Assembly: GCA_963692945.1 (NCBI GenBank)
Contig: OY843585.1
Span: 960,001-992,000, forward strand
Length of the DNA stretch: 32,000 bases
DNA from: Bdellovibrionales bacterium
GTDB lineage: Bacteria > Bdellovibrionota > Bdellovibrionia > Bdellovibrionales > UBA1609
Direction of reading: 5' to 3'
Below are positions 13,842 to 22,911 of the stretch, one piece after another; the stretch's first letter is position 1; each line of letters opens with the position of its first letter. The notes below the pieces were generated by a model. That model ran no database searches, had not been told where the DNA came from, and saw only the letters and a list, made by a program, of their open reading frames with translations. The position numbers and the translations under genes are program-made.

Positions 13842-15002
13842 GTGTCATTTACATTTAATACAGTTACAGAAATTATTCATGCTTTAAAATCAGGTCAATT
13901 TGTTATTCTTGTTGATGATGAAAATAGAGAAAATGAAGGAGACTTAATTATAGCTTCTGATTTCATAACTCCTGAAGCTGTTAATTTTATGGCTAAAGAA
14001 GCAAGAGGTTTAATTTGTGTTTCTTTAGATACAGAGCAGGTGAAAAGATTAGATCTTCCTCTCATGGTTAAAAGTGAGGATAATGTTTCTCCTCATAGAA
14101 CGGCTTTTACTGTTAGTGTAGAGGCTTCCAAAGGGGTTTCTACTGGTATTTCTGCTAAAGATAGAGCTCAGACTATCAAGGTGGTTTCCGACCCCAAATC
14201 TCAAAAAGAAGATATCATTAGTCCCGGTCATATTTTTCCCATACAAGCTCAAAAAGGGGGAGTTTTAAAAAGAGCAGGTCATACGGAAGCAAGTGTGGAT
14301 TTTTGTAAATTGGCCAATTTAAATCCTTCTGCTGTGATTTGTGAAGTTGTGAATATGGACGGAACCATGTCTAGAGCCCCTGAACTCTTTAAATTTGCTA
14401 AAAAACATCAAATTAAAATAGGGACTATTGAAGATTTGATTAAATATAGAATGGCTCACGATTCTTTAGTTGAAGAAAGAGTTCAAACTTCTTATCAAAC
14501 GGGTTTGGGGAAAGATTGGACAGCTCATGTTTTTTATGACGAGATCAATGATAGAGAGCATCTTGCTCTTACAAAAGGAAAAATCAATCCTCAAAAATCT
14601 GTTCTTGTTAGAGTTCAGACTTCTTGTATAACAGGTGATCTTTTTCAAGATGAATTTTTATCTACAGGTTCCTATATAAGAAAGTCTCTAGATTATATCA
14701 ACGAAGAGGGAACAGGTGTTTTTGTCTATCTTAGAATGCAAAATACGATTTCAAAGTATTTGGATTATCATAAATTACAAAAAGAAAAATTTGATTCAAA
14801 AAGAATTTTTAAATCAGATAGTAAAGATTATGGAATAGGAGCTCAGATTTTAAGAGCTCTTCATATTTCTAAAATTCGGCTTATTACTAATTCAAAAAGT
14901 AAAAAAATTGGTCTTAAAGGGTATGGGTTAACAATTGAAGAGACGGTTCCTATTATTGAAGATGAACATGGCTTTCAATTTATTTCTAAAGATTCTAAAT
15001 AA
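13842..15002 (+). CDS. ribB: 3,4-dihydroxy-2-butanone-4-phosphate synthase fused to a degenerate GTP-cyclohydrolase-II-like domain (RibBX-type rather than a true RibBA)
   Basis: The gene uses a GTG start. The N-terminal DHBPS motifs DDENRENEGDLI and GHTEASVD are intact. The C-terminal domain aligns to RibA but lacks the RCDCG zinc Cys pair (LSTG here) and the QEGRGIG motif. Confidence 0.85.
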   Translation: MSFTFNTVTEIIHALKSGQFVILVDDENRENEGDLIIASDFITPEAVNFMAKEARGLICVSLDTEQVKRLDLPLMVKSEDNVSPHRTAFTVSVEASKGVSTGISAKDRAQTIKVVSDPKSQKEDIISPGHIFPIQAQKGGVLKRAGHTEASVDFCKLANLNPSAVICEVVNMDGTMSRAPELFKFAKKHQIKIGTIEDLIKYRMAHDSLVEERVQTSYQTGLGKDWTAHVFYDEINDREHLALTKGKINPQKSVLVRVQTSCITGDLFQDEFLSTGSYIRKSLDYINEEGTGVFVYLRMQNTISKYLDYHKLQKEKFDSKRIFKSDSKDYGIGAQILRALHISKIRLITNSKSKKIGLKGYGLTIEETVPIIEDEHGFQFISKDSK

Positions 15003-15004
15003 TA

Positions 15005-15424
15005 ATGAGTAAAAAAATAGCTATAATTTGTTCACAGTTTAATAAAGATCTTGTGGAATCTTTATATAAAGACGCCTCTGCAGAATTGATGCATTCTATA
15101 AAGAAAGTGCAATTGGATGTTTATTGGGTGCCAGGGGCTGGAGAAATTCCTCTTTTTACAAAATGGATTATAGAGCAGAAAAAGTATGATGGTCTGCTCA
15201 CTTTAGGAGTTATTATTCGTGGAGAAACCACTCATTATGATTCTTTATGCCGAATTTTAGAAAAATCTTTGTGGGATTTACAAAAAAAGTATTCATTGCC
15301 TGTCATTTTTTCTATTCTTACAGTAGAAAATAGAGATCAAGCCTTGTATAGAATTCAAAAAGGACGAGGAAAAGAACATGCTAAAACATTATCTCAAATG
15401 ATAAAACTTAAGGAGCATCTTTAA
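15005..15424 (+). CDS. ribH: 6,7-dimethyl-8-ribityllumazine synthase
   Basis: The motifs IAIICSQFNKDL, VPGAGEIP, LGVIIRGETTHYD and PVIFSILT follow the RibH pattern. Length is 139 aa. Confidence 0.85.
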   Translation: MSKKIAIICSQFNKDLVESLYKDASAELMHSIKKVQLDVYWVPGAGEIPLFTKWIIEQKKYDGLLTLGVIIRGETTHYDSLCRILEKSLWDLQKKYSLPVIFSILTVENRDQALYRIQKGRGKEHAKTLSQMIKLKEHL

Positions 15425-17154
15425 TGAAATGGAGTGAGTTGTATTTAAAGACTTTAAAAGAAAAGCCTTCAGGAATTTCTATGTCCAGTCATGCTCTTCT
15501 TATTCGGTCTGGCTATATTTATAGTACCAGTCAAGGAAGTTTCACTTACAATACTTTTTTTTTAAGAGCCATTCAAAAATTTGAAAAAATAATAAGAGAA
15601 GAATTGGAAAAGCAAGGGGCTAGAGAGATTCTTATGCCTATGGTTCAACCTAAAAAATTATGGAAAGAGACAGGTCGTTGGAATAAATTTGAAGGCTTGC
15701 TTCAAAAAATGAAAAACAGATCGGATCAAGATTTTTGTTTAGGTCCCACTCATGAAGAAGTGATTACAGATTTTGTAAGGTCATCCTTGATAAGTTATAA
15801 AGAAATGCCTTTCAATCTTTATCAAATACAAATTAAATATCGGGATGAAATACGTCCAAGATTTGGACTTATGAGAGCAAGAGAATTCATTATGAAAGAT
15901 GCTTATAGTTTTGATAGAACAAAAGAAGAATCAAATCTTAGTTATCAAAAAATGTTTCAAGCTTATACAAACATTTTTAATCGGTTAGGGGTTAAGTTTG
16001 TTGTTGTTCAAGCAGATACAGGTTCTATTGGTGGAGATAAATCAGAAGAATTTCATGTTTTAGCTGATAAGGGTGAAGATGTGTTGTTTATTTCTGATAA
16101 AAGTGATTTTGCAGCCAATCGTGAAATTTGCCCTTCTGTTTTAAAAACAAACGAAGAGGTGCAGCAGCAAGAGCAAAAAACAGTTGAAAAATTTGCAACT
16201 CCAAATATTTTAACCATTTCTTCTTTAGCAAAATTTTTAAAGTGTAAAGAAAAAGACCTTGTTAAGATACTGTTTTTTATTTTTTCTAAAAGTTCTTCTT
16301 CAGAAAAAGAATGTGTAGCCGTTTTATGTCAAGGGGATGATGAGATCAATCCTATTAAACTTAAGAGAGAATTTTCTCTTTTTGAAACTCCTTATTTAGC
16401 AGATGATAAAGTCATTCAAGATATCACAGGAGCTTTACCGGGAAGTTGCGGTCCTTATAAATTAAAAAAAGAAACATCTATTTATGTAGATCATAGATTA
16501 AAAGGAAAAAGTAATTTTATCACAGGAGCTAATGAAGATGGATTTCATTTTAAAAATGTGAATCTGGAAAGAGATTTTAAAGTTTGTCAGTATGGAGATT
16601 TTTGTTATGCCAAAGAAGGAAGCACTAGTCCTGATGGGAAAGGCACTCTTAAGATGTATAGAGGTATTGAAGTGGGACATCTTTTCTATCTTTCTGATAC
16701 TTATTCTAAAAAAATGAATCTGACTTATTTAGATCAACAAGGAAAAAAACAATATATTGAGATGGGTTGTTATGGATTAGGAGTTACTAGAACTCTTCAA
16801 GCTCTTGTAGAGCAAATTCATGATGAAGATGGAATGATATGGCCAATGGCTGTAGCTCCTTTTTATGTTCATATTTGCCTTATTGATGAATCTAGTCCTA
16901 TAGTTTTAAAATCTTTAGAAGAAATTCTTAAACTTTTAAAAGAACAAAATTTAGATTATTTTATTGATGATCGTAAAGAGCGAGCTGGCATCAAATTTAA
17001 AGATGCTGATCTTTTAGGTCTTCCTATTCGTTTAAGCTTAGGAGAAAGAGATTTAAAAGAATTAAAAATAGAATTTTATATTAGAAAAACAAAATACAAA
17101 GAAAAAATAAAAATTAAAAGCTTAAAAGAAAAACTTTTACAAAATTTATCGTGA
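15424..17154 (+). CDS. proS: Prolyl-tRNA synthetase, bacterial type with an insertion (editing) domain
   Basis: The N-terminus L.TLKE.P......SH.LL.R.G.I, together with MPMVQPKKLWKETGRW, matches bacterial ProRS. Length is 576 aa. The start overlaps the ribH stop (TAATG). Confidence 0.9.
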   Translation: MKWSELYLKTLKEKPSGISMSSHALLIRSGYIYSTSQGSFTYNTFFLRAIQKFEKIIREELEKQGAREILMPMVQPKKLWKETGRWNKFEGLLQKMKNRSDQDFCLGPTHEEVITDFVRSSLISYKEMPFNLYQIQIKYRDEIRPRFGLMRAREFIMKDAYSFDRTKEESNLSYQKMFQAYTNIFNRLGVKFVVVQADTGSIGGDKSEEFHVLADKGEDVLFISDKSDFAANREICPSVLKTNEEVQQQEQKTVEKFATPNILTISSLAKFLKCKEKDLVKILFFIFSKSSSSEKECVAVLCQGDDEINPIKLKREFSLFETPYLADDKVIQDITGALPGSCGPYKLKKETSIYVDHRLKGKSNFITGANEDGFHFKNVNLERDFKVCQYGDFCYAKEGSTSPDGKGTLKMYRGIEVGHLFYLSDTYSKKMNLTYLDQQGKKQYIEMGCYGLGVTRTLQALVEQIHDEDGMIWPMAVAPFYVHICLIDESSPIVLKSLEEILKLLKEQNLDYFIDDRKERAGIKFKDADLLGLPIRLSLGERDLKELKIEFYIRKTKYKEKIKIKSLKEKLLQNLS

Positions 17155-18471
17155 TGAATTTTTAGGCAAAACATGAAAACCAATAGGGATGCCTTTTAAA
17201 TTCCAATTTTGTTTGATTTGATGAATTACAAAGCGGCGATAAGACGGTGTAACGCCTTTAGGGTAATTGGCAAAAGCAATAAAATCAGGAGGGGTTTTGT
17301 GAGTTTGAGTGATATAATAAAAATTGACATTACTTGTTCCATAAACAGGGGAAGGGGCTTTTCGTATTGTTTTAGTAAAAAAACGATTTAATTTGGAGGT
17401 TGGAATTTTTACATTCATTTTATTTTTTATATCCGTAATAACATTAAACAGTTTTTCTTTATGATAAGCCGTCTTAGCACTTATAAAAACAACAGGTAGA
17501 TCAGAGCAAAAATGGAAAGTTCTTTTGAGTTCTTCTTTTTTTTGTTTTCTTTCTTGTGGATCTCTTTTTTTAACAAGATCCATTTTATTAACTACAAGGA
17601 TAACAGGTTTTCTTTTTTCAAGACACAATTGAACAAAGCGAGTGTCTTGTCGGCTTGCTCCTACGGTTCCGTCTATAACAAGAAGAACAATATCAGATTT
17701 ATCTATTGCAGAAAGACTTTTAGAAAAAGAAATTTTTTCTCTCTCTTCTCTGTTTCCTCTTCGTGAACCTGGATTATCAGAGATAGAATATTCTTCTTTA
17801 TTTTTTGAAAAGAATTCTGTCACTGTGTCTAAAGTTGTTCCTGCTTTAGAGCTAACAATCATTCGTTCTGTATTAAGAATTTGATTGCAAAGCAAACTTT
17901 TTCCACTATTGGCTTTTCCAATAACAAAGAGGGAAGTGATGTTCAAGGAATCTTTTTTGGTTATTTCAGAATTAGAAAATTTCTTTTTTTGTAAAATAAT
18001 CCATTCTATCACTTCATTTACACCAAAATTTTGTTCTACGGATCCAGAAAGTATTTCTGTAGATAAATTAAAAAAATCGGATGCAAAGAGATTTGTGTTT
18101 TTAGGGTTATCTATTTTATTTACAAACACAGTAAAAGGTTTCCCTGTTTTTCTTATCATTTCTATGACTCGAGTGTCTTCTGGGTGAACACCAACCTTTC
18201 CATCTGTGACAATAATAAATACATTAGCTTTTTTCATTGCCATTTCAATTTGTTGTTGAATTTTTAAATAGAGTTCACTTTTTTCTTGTTGTTCAGGAAG
18301 GCCTCCTGAATCCATAATTTCAAATGCATGCCCCCACCACTTTACAGGTTCTTTTAATACATCTCTTGTAATGCCTGATTCATCAAATACCAAAGATTTT
18401 CTTTTTTTTGCAATTCTATTAAAAAGAGAGGATTTACCTACATTTGTTCGTCCTACGATAAGAGCTTTCAT
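17146..18471 (-). CDS. der: Ribosome-associated GTPase Der/EngA (two GTPase domains plus a KH-like C-terminus)
   Basis: There are two P-loops, GRTNVGKSSLFNR and GKANSGKSLLCNQ. NKID and NKMD are the G4 motifs. Length is 441 aa. Confidence 0.9.
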   Translation of the reverse strand: MKALIVGRTNVGKSSLFNRIAKKRKSLVFDESGITRDVLKEPVKWWGHAFEIMDSGGLPEQQEKSELYLKIQQQIEMAMKKANVFIIVTDGKVGVHPEDTRVIEMIRKTGKPFTVFVNKIDNPKNTNLFASDFFNLSTEILSGSVEQNFGVNEVIEWIILQKKKFSNSEITKKDSLNITSLFVIGKANSGKSLLCNQILNTERMIVSSKAGTTLDTVTEFFSKNKEEYSISDNPGSRRGNREEREKISFSKSLSAIDKSDIVLLVIDGTVGASRQDTRFVQLCLEKRKPVILVVNKMDLVKKRDPQERKQKKEELKRTFHFCSDLPVVFISAKTAYHKEKLFNVITDIKNKMNVKIPTSKLNRFFTKTIRKAPSPVYGTSNVNFYYITQTHKTPPDFIAFANYPKGVTPSYRRFVIHQIKQNWNLKGIPIGFHVLPKNSSR

Positions 18472-18482
18472 ATTTTATATCC

Positions 18483-19133
18483 TTAGTTGGAAGGTATCTT
18501 TAATTTAGTAATAGCTGCTTTAGCTGCTATTTGTTCAGCTTGTTTTTTTTGAAGATCAGATCCAGACCCTACATGGTCTTTTTTTATAAAAACATCAACA
18601 TAGAACATTTTTTGATGATGAGGTCCTTCTTCTTTTTTAATTTTGTAAATAGGTAGTGTTTTATATTTTTTTTGACACCACTCTTGCAGGGAAGATTTGT
18701 AATTTAAAGAAGGGGAGTTTTCATTGATTCTTTCTTCAAAAAGTTTTTGAATGATTTTCTTTACTGTTAGGAATCCAGCCTCTATATAAATAGCCCCAAT
18801 GTAAGCCTCTAGAGTTCCTGCTAGTATCCTCTTCCCTTTATCTACTTGTATGCCAGTTTGAATGTAATGGTCTAAATTTAAGCTGAGTGCGATTTCATAA
18901 AGAGTTTGACCATTTATAAGTTGAGCCCTTTTTTTTGTTAAATCACCTTCATTTTGTGTTGGGAATTGTTCCATCAATTTATCAGCAATAATTAAATTTA
19001 AAACAGCATCTCCTAAAAACTCCAACCGTTCATTGTGACAACTTACATTTTGGCAACTCTTATGAGTCAAAGCCTCTTGGAGAAGATTTTTATCTTTTAT
19101 TTCATAATTTAATTTTTGATTGAGAGATTCCAT
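18483..19133 (-). CDS. rnc: Ribonuclease III
   Basis: The RNase III signature NERLEFLGDAVL is present, with a C-terminal dsRBD (...AEQIAAKAAI). Length is 216 aa. Confidence 0.9.
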   Translation of the reverse strand: MESLNQKLNYEIKDKNLLQEALTHKSCQNVSCHNERLEFLGDAVLNLIIADKLMEQFPTQNEGDLTKKRAQLINGQTLYEIALSLNLDHYIQTGIQVDKGKRILAGTLEAYIGAIYIEAGFLTVKKIIQKLFEERINENSPSLNYKSSLQEWCQKKYKTLPIYKIKKEEGPHHQKMFYVDVFIKKDHVGSGSDLQKKQAEQIAAKAAITKLKIPSN

Positions 19134-19152
19134 TTTTAAACCTTAATTAGAA

Positions 19153-19181
19153 TTTATAAAGGCTATGACTTTAAGTGTCAA
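19153..19181 (-). promoter_or_regulatory. Near-consensus sigma70-type promoter for rnc-der
   Basis: The minus strand reads TTGACA (19176-19181), a 17-nt spacer, then TATAAA (19153-19158). The promoter ends about 20 nt upstream of the rnc ATG. Confidence 0.55.
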
Positions 19182-19192
19182 AAAGTTATTAT

Positions 19193-19225
19193 AAAAAAAG
19201 CCAAGTTGGAATAACTTGGCTTTTT
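19193..19225 (-). terminator. Intrinsic terminator after the OMP gene, potentially bidirectional
   Basis: The sequence is A7-GCCAAGTT-GGAAT-AACTTGGC-T5. On the minus strand, an 8-bp G+C-containing stem is followed by T7. Confidence 0.65.
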
Positions 19226-19244
19226 AGAGTTATATTTTTAAATT

Positions 19245-19790
19245 TTAGTAAAAATCAAAGTAGTATCCAAATCCTGCCATTAGATTCACATTATGGGATA
19301 AGGAACTGAAATTAAAACTTGTAGGAACAGCAGCAAGGTATTCAAGTTTCACTATAAAAGGAGTTCGTTTTGCGACAAAAAACTTCATAGAGGTGTGAAC
19401 ACCAAGTGTAAGTTCTGTACTGCCTCCTCCTTTAGCTCCTAAGGACATACCAAGAGCAGGGATGAATTTTACTTTTCCACGGTTTTTGATAAAATTGTAT
19501 TCAGCCAAAAGACCCCCTGAGTAATCAGAGATGTTAAAACTTGGGAGAATATTAAGTCCAAGGTTAAAATAAGGCCCAACTTCTATACGCCCCTTCCAAT
19601 TGTAAGTGTAGCTTCCCCCAGTAGAGAGTTCGGCTTGTCGTGTAGGATAGACTTCCGCTGGAAGTTTAAAATCAAACCTAACACCATGCTCTCTTTTAAT
19701 GTAACGGTATTTCTTTTTTGCTAGAGAGGCTTCAGGTAAAGCAAAGAAAAAAGTAGCAATTAAGCTTAAAAATAAAAATGATTTTTTCAT
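19245..19790 (-). CDS. Small outer-membrane beta-barrel protein (181 aa)
   Basis: I prefer the ATG at 19790, which has an AGGAG RBS and gives MKKSFLFLSLIATFFFALPEASLA. The sequence shows an alternating beta-strand pattern and the C-terminal motif GYYFDFY. The TTG at 19844 in the ORF track looks like an over-extension. Confidence 0.7.
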   Translation of the reverse strand: MKKSFLFLSLIATFFFALPEASLAKKKYRYIKREHGVRFDFKLPAEVYPTRQAELSTGGSYTYNWKGRIEVGPYFNLGLNILPSFNISDYSGGLLAEYNFIKNRGKVKFIPALGMSLGAKGGGSTELTLGVHTSMKFFVAKRTPFIVKLEYLAAVPTSFNFSSLSHNVNLMAGFGYYFDFY

Positions 19791-19867
19791 AAAAACTCCT
19801 TTATTTAATATAATCACTTTAAAACTATATTTTAGGAATTGCAAAAGATTTTATTTGAAAATTAGAG

Positions 19868-20752
19868 TTAAAAATTGACACCAAATATCAAAAGCGTGGT
19901 TATTGTATCCCCATAAAAGCGATACCCTTTAACTTCGGGTGTGTCTGGATAAATCAATCTATCAAAAAAGGTTTTATTGGTTGGAATATTAGGAGTTATT
20001 TTAATATTTGATAAATCCGTATTTTCATTCTGTAAATTTGTGTAAAGATAAGCCATTTCAAACCCCAAATAAGTTTTTTTAATAAAAGGGACCTCTACTC
20101 CTACACCCAGCTTAAATCCAATAGATGTAAAATCGGAAAGGGTTGATATATCTGTATTGTTGAGGGTGGAAGGTGGTTGCCGAACATTAGATTGTGGTGT
20201 TGCTCCAGGGAGATTGGTTGGAATATTTTGTTTGTTGCTTACATCTTTAATATTAGGATTTGTGATTTTAAACCAAAAAGGGCCAAAAATAATATAAGGA
20301 TTTAAAAATTCAGCAACACTTTTAGTGAGTTTTTGCTTGTTAAAATAGTATTTAAAATCAAGATTCATAGTAGAAAAAAGATCTGTGATACTAAGAATAC
20401 TATTATAGTGAGAGTGAGGGAATAGACCTCCTATATGTAAAGCAAAATTTAAATCAAAAAAGAATCCAATAGAAACACCTATAACTCCAGGGCTATCCCC
20501 ATAGATTTGTCTCATATTGAAAGTGATTGCTTCATAACCTAAAAGAACATTTATATTTAGGGAGCGACCCTTTTGAAAAAAGTTGATGCTTTCTTGCTCT
20601 GTGACATTGTCTTGAAATTCTCCATAGTCAATAAAAGGATCAAAAGCCGTTATCTCCTTTTCGGCCACTAAGAATCTTTGAGATTTTAAGAGGTCACTTC
20701 CTTGAGATGAGAGAGGAGTAAAGAGAACAAAAAACAATGAAATCAAAAACAT
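19868..20752 (-). CDS. Outer-membrane beta-barrel protein (294 aa)
   Basis: There is a signal peptide (MFLISLFFVLFTPLSSQG). The sequence is aromatic- and Gly-rich with alternating segments, and the C-terminus is ...LLIFGVNF with a terminal Phe. Confidence 0.7.
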   Translation of the reverse strand: MFLISLFFVLFTPLSSQGSDLLKSQRFLVAEKEITAFDPFIDYGEFQDNVTEQESINFFQKGRSLNINVLLGYEAITFNMRQIYGDSPGVIGVSIGFFFDLNFALHIGGLFPHSHYNSILSITDLFSTMNLDFKYYFNKQKLTKSVAEFLNPYIIFGPFWFKITNPNIKDVSNKQNIPTNLPGATPQSNVRQPPSTLNNTDISTLSDFTSIGFKLGVGVEVPFIKKTYLGFEMAYLYTNLQNENTDLSNIKITPNIPTNKTFFDRLIYPDTPEVKGYRFYGDTITTLLIFGVNF

Positions 20753-20837
20753 ATCTTACACTTAGTATATAAGAAAAAAGAGAAGTGTGAAAGATAACTC
20801 ACTTTTTTTTGAAAGAATAATAGTATATATCTCTAAT

Positions 20838-21857
20838 ATGAGAAGAAAAATAAATTATAAATCTTCAGGGGTTGATATCAATAAGGCCAATCGTCTTGTT
20901 TCTTGGATCAAAAAAAGCAAACCTTTTTCTGAAGATTCTTTAGGAAGTGATTATGCTTCTTTGTTTTCGTTGCCTCTAAACGAGTATAAGGAACCTGTCA
21001 TGGCCTCTTCTACAGATGGTGTTGGGACTAAAGTTAAGATATCTAGTTACTTTTCAGATTGGAAAGGTTTAGGTCAGGATTTAGTGGCCATGTGTGTTAA
21101 TGATTTGATTTGTGTAGGAGCAAAACCACTTTTCTTTTTAGATTATTACGCTTGTGGAAAATTAGATATTCAACAATCTAAAAGTTTTTTTAAAGGTCTT
21201 TACAAGGCTTGTAAAGAAGCCTCTTGTGATTTAATAGGAGGGGAGACGGCTGAGCTTCCAGGTCTTTACAAAAAAGGAGATATAGATTGTGCAGGTTTTG
21301 CAGTTGGTATTGTAGAAAAAAAATCTATTTTTGGACCTCATAAAGTTCAAGAAGGGGATGATGTTATTGCTCTTGCAAGTTCTGGATTTCACAGCAATGG
21401 TTACTCTCTTTTACGAAATGTATATAAGTCCACTAGGGATTTAAATAAAAATAAAAAACTGTTGTTGGAACCAACAAGGCTTTACAGTTTTTTACAACCT
21501 TACTTTCATCAAATATCAGGACTAAAATCTATGGCTCATATTACAGGTGGTGGTTTAGATAATATTTCTCGTATTATACCTAAGGGATTGTTTTTACCTG
21601 TGAATCCTTGGTCTGTTCCCGGGCCTTTTTTAGATGTAAAAAAAAGGTCTCAAATGACCTGGCCAGCTCTTTTAAAAACTTTAAATTGTGGATTAGGTTT
21701 TGTTCTTATCCTTAGAGATAAACAGGAGTTTTTCAAACAAAATATTGTTCCAAAAGAGGAGGTCTTTTTTTTAGGAAAAGTGGAAAGATCTTTAAAAAAA
21801 TCTTCTTGTCGTTGGAGTTTAAGTTGGAAGGCTATGGACAAGAAAAATAATGTTTGA
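20838..21857 (+). CDS. purM: Phosphoribosylformylglycinamidine cyclo-ligase (AIR synthetase)
   Basis: YKSSGVDINKAN lies near the N-terminus. DGVGTK, DLVAMCVNDL and GGETAE are present. The start at 20838 matches the usual PurM N-terminus. The GTG at 20787 is an upstream in-frame alternative. Confidence 0.85.
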   Translation: MRRKINYKSSGVDINKANRLVSWIKKSKPFSEDSLGSDYASLFSLPLNEYKEPVMASSTDGVGTKVKISSYFSDWKGLGQDLVAMCVNDLICVGAKPLFFLDYYACGKLDIQQSKSFFKGLYKACKEASCDLIGGETAELPGLYKKGDIDCAGFAVGIVEKKSIFGPHKVQEGDDVIALASSGFHSNGYSLLRNVYKSTRDLNKNKKLLLEPTRLYSFLQPYFHQISGLKSMAHITGGGLDNISRIIPKGLFLPVNPWSVPGPFLDVKKRSQMTWPALLKTLNCGLGFVLILRDKQEFFKQNIVPKEEVFFLGKVERSLKKSSCRWSLSWKAMDKKNNV

Positions 21858-22911
21858 TGTTACCTTATTTAGCTCTTTTTGGCCTAAAGGTCTTTTTCTT
21901 TCTCAACAACTATCTAAACAGGGAAAGAAGGTTTGCTATGTTGATCTTCAACAAGAGGCTTTAGCCCCACTAGGTGTTTTTATTCAAGAGAATCCTAAAG
22001 AAAAGGTCTTTTTAGAATCTTTGGGTCTTCTTTTAAAACAAAATGAAGGTTTTTGTCTTTTAAGCTGTGAAGGGGGCTGGTCTTTTCAGGAAATAGATTG
22101 GCAAAATATGTCCGCACCTCTCTTTCAAAATTTTAAAAATAAAGAATTAGGAGATTTTAAAAATCATTGGCTGTCTTTTTTGTCTAAAAATTTAATGTCT
22201 CGCGTTTTTGAAGGAAATCATTTTATTGCATCAGAAGAGGGTTTGGATTTTTTTTCTGATTATTTTTTGTTTGAAATGACTTTAAAACAAAAAAACCAAT
22301 TTAAACTGGACTATCCTGATATTCACTATGTAGAGACTTCCTTAGAAAACATTCAAGTTCTTCAAGAAAAATCACAAGCTTCTTTTTCTATAAAAGGTGA
22401 AAATATAGAAAGCCATCAATTTTTATGGCTGGCTGATGATGTGAGTTTGTTAAGCCTTTTTTCCTCTAACAAAATCATTTCTCCAGAATGGGAGTGGAAA
22501 TCCTTTTCTTTTGAAGGAAATCTAGACAATTATGGTGATATTATTCCTTCCCATTTTGTGTCTTTAAAAGACTTATCATTGCCTTGGACTCATGATAATT
22601 TATTAAGTGTTTTTTATAGAGACCCCCATTGGGAAGTTTGGTTTAAACAAGCTTATTCTAGAGAGGATGAAGACTTATTGGAACTTATTTTAAATCATTT
22701 AAATCAAATCTTTAAAGAAGCTGTGTCTTTCAAGGTGATACCTAAGAAGTATTTAAAAAGTTTTTGTATTTATGGAGAAGATAAATTGAAACAAAAAACA
22801 GTTTTGCCAAAAAATGTTATGCTTCCTAGTGTGAAGGATGTTATTCAAGGAGATCTTTTAAGCCAGTTGAAGTTTGAAAGACAACTTTTGGAAAAAGGAG
22901 CGTTTAGTTAA
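21850..22911 (+). CDS. Hypothetical protein embedded in the pur operon, with a degenerate Rossmann-like N-terminus
   Basis: Length is 353 aa. It overlaps the purM stop by 8 nt, and its own stop overlaps the purB ATG (TAATG). The N-terminus FDVTLFSSFWPKGLFLSQQLSKQGKKVCYVDL mimics DVxIIGxGxxGLxxAxxLxxxGxxVxxxE but has lost the glycines. Confidence 0.7.
   Translation: MFDVTLFSSFWPKGLFLSQQLSKQGKKVCYVDLQQEALAPLGVFIQENPKEKVFLESLGLLLKQNEGFCLLSCEGGWSFQEIDWQNMSAPLFQNFKNKELGDFKNHWLSFLSKNLMSRVFEGNHFIASEEGLDFFSDYFLFEMTLKQKNQFKLDYPDIHYVETSLENIQVLQEKSQASFSIKGENIESHQFLWLADDVSLLSLFSSNKIISPEWEWKSFSFEGNLDNYGDIIPSHFVSLKDLSLPWTHDNLLSVFYRDPHWEVWFKQAYSREDEDLLELILNHLNQIFKEAVSFKVIPKKYLKSFCIYGEDKLKQKTVLPKNVMLPSVKDVIQGDLLSQLKFERQLLEKGAFS

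Noticed and set aside
17209-18187. Four 60-100 aa ORFs lie antisense to der. Similar antisense or shadow ORFs occur at 1095-1286, 4877-5059, 6980-7219, 7690-7980, 8252-8485, 9815-10024, 11640-11825, 14049-14252, 14466-14648, 16498-16680, 21650-21841, 24578-24832, 28268-28531 and 29783-29977.
   Set aside because: All are fully embedded opposite well-supported genes. They have low-complexity, F/K/I/S-rich translations typical of the antisense of AT-rich coding DNA, and they lack RBSs.
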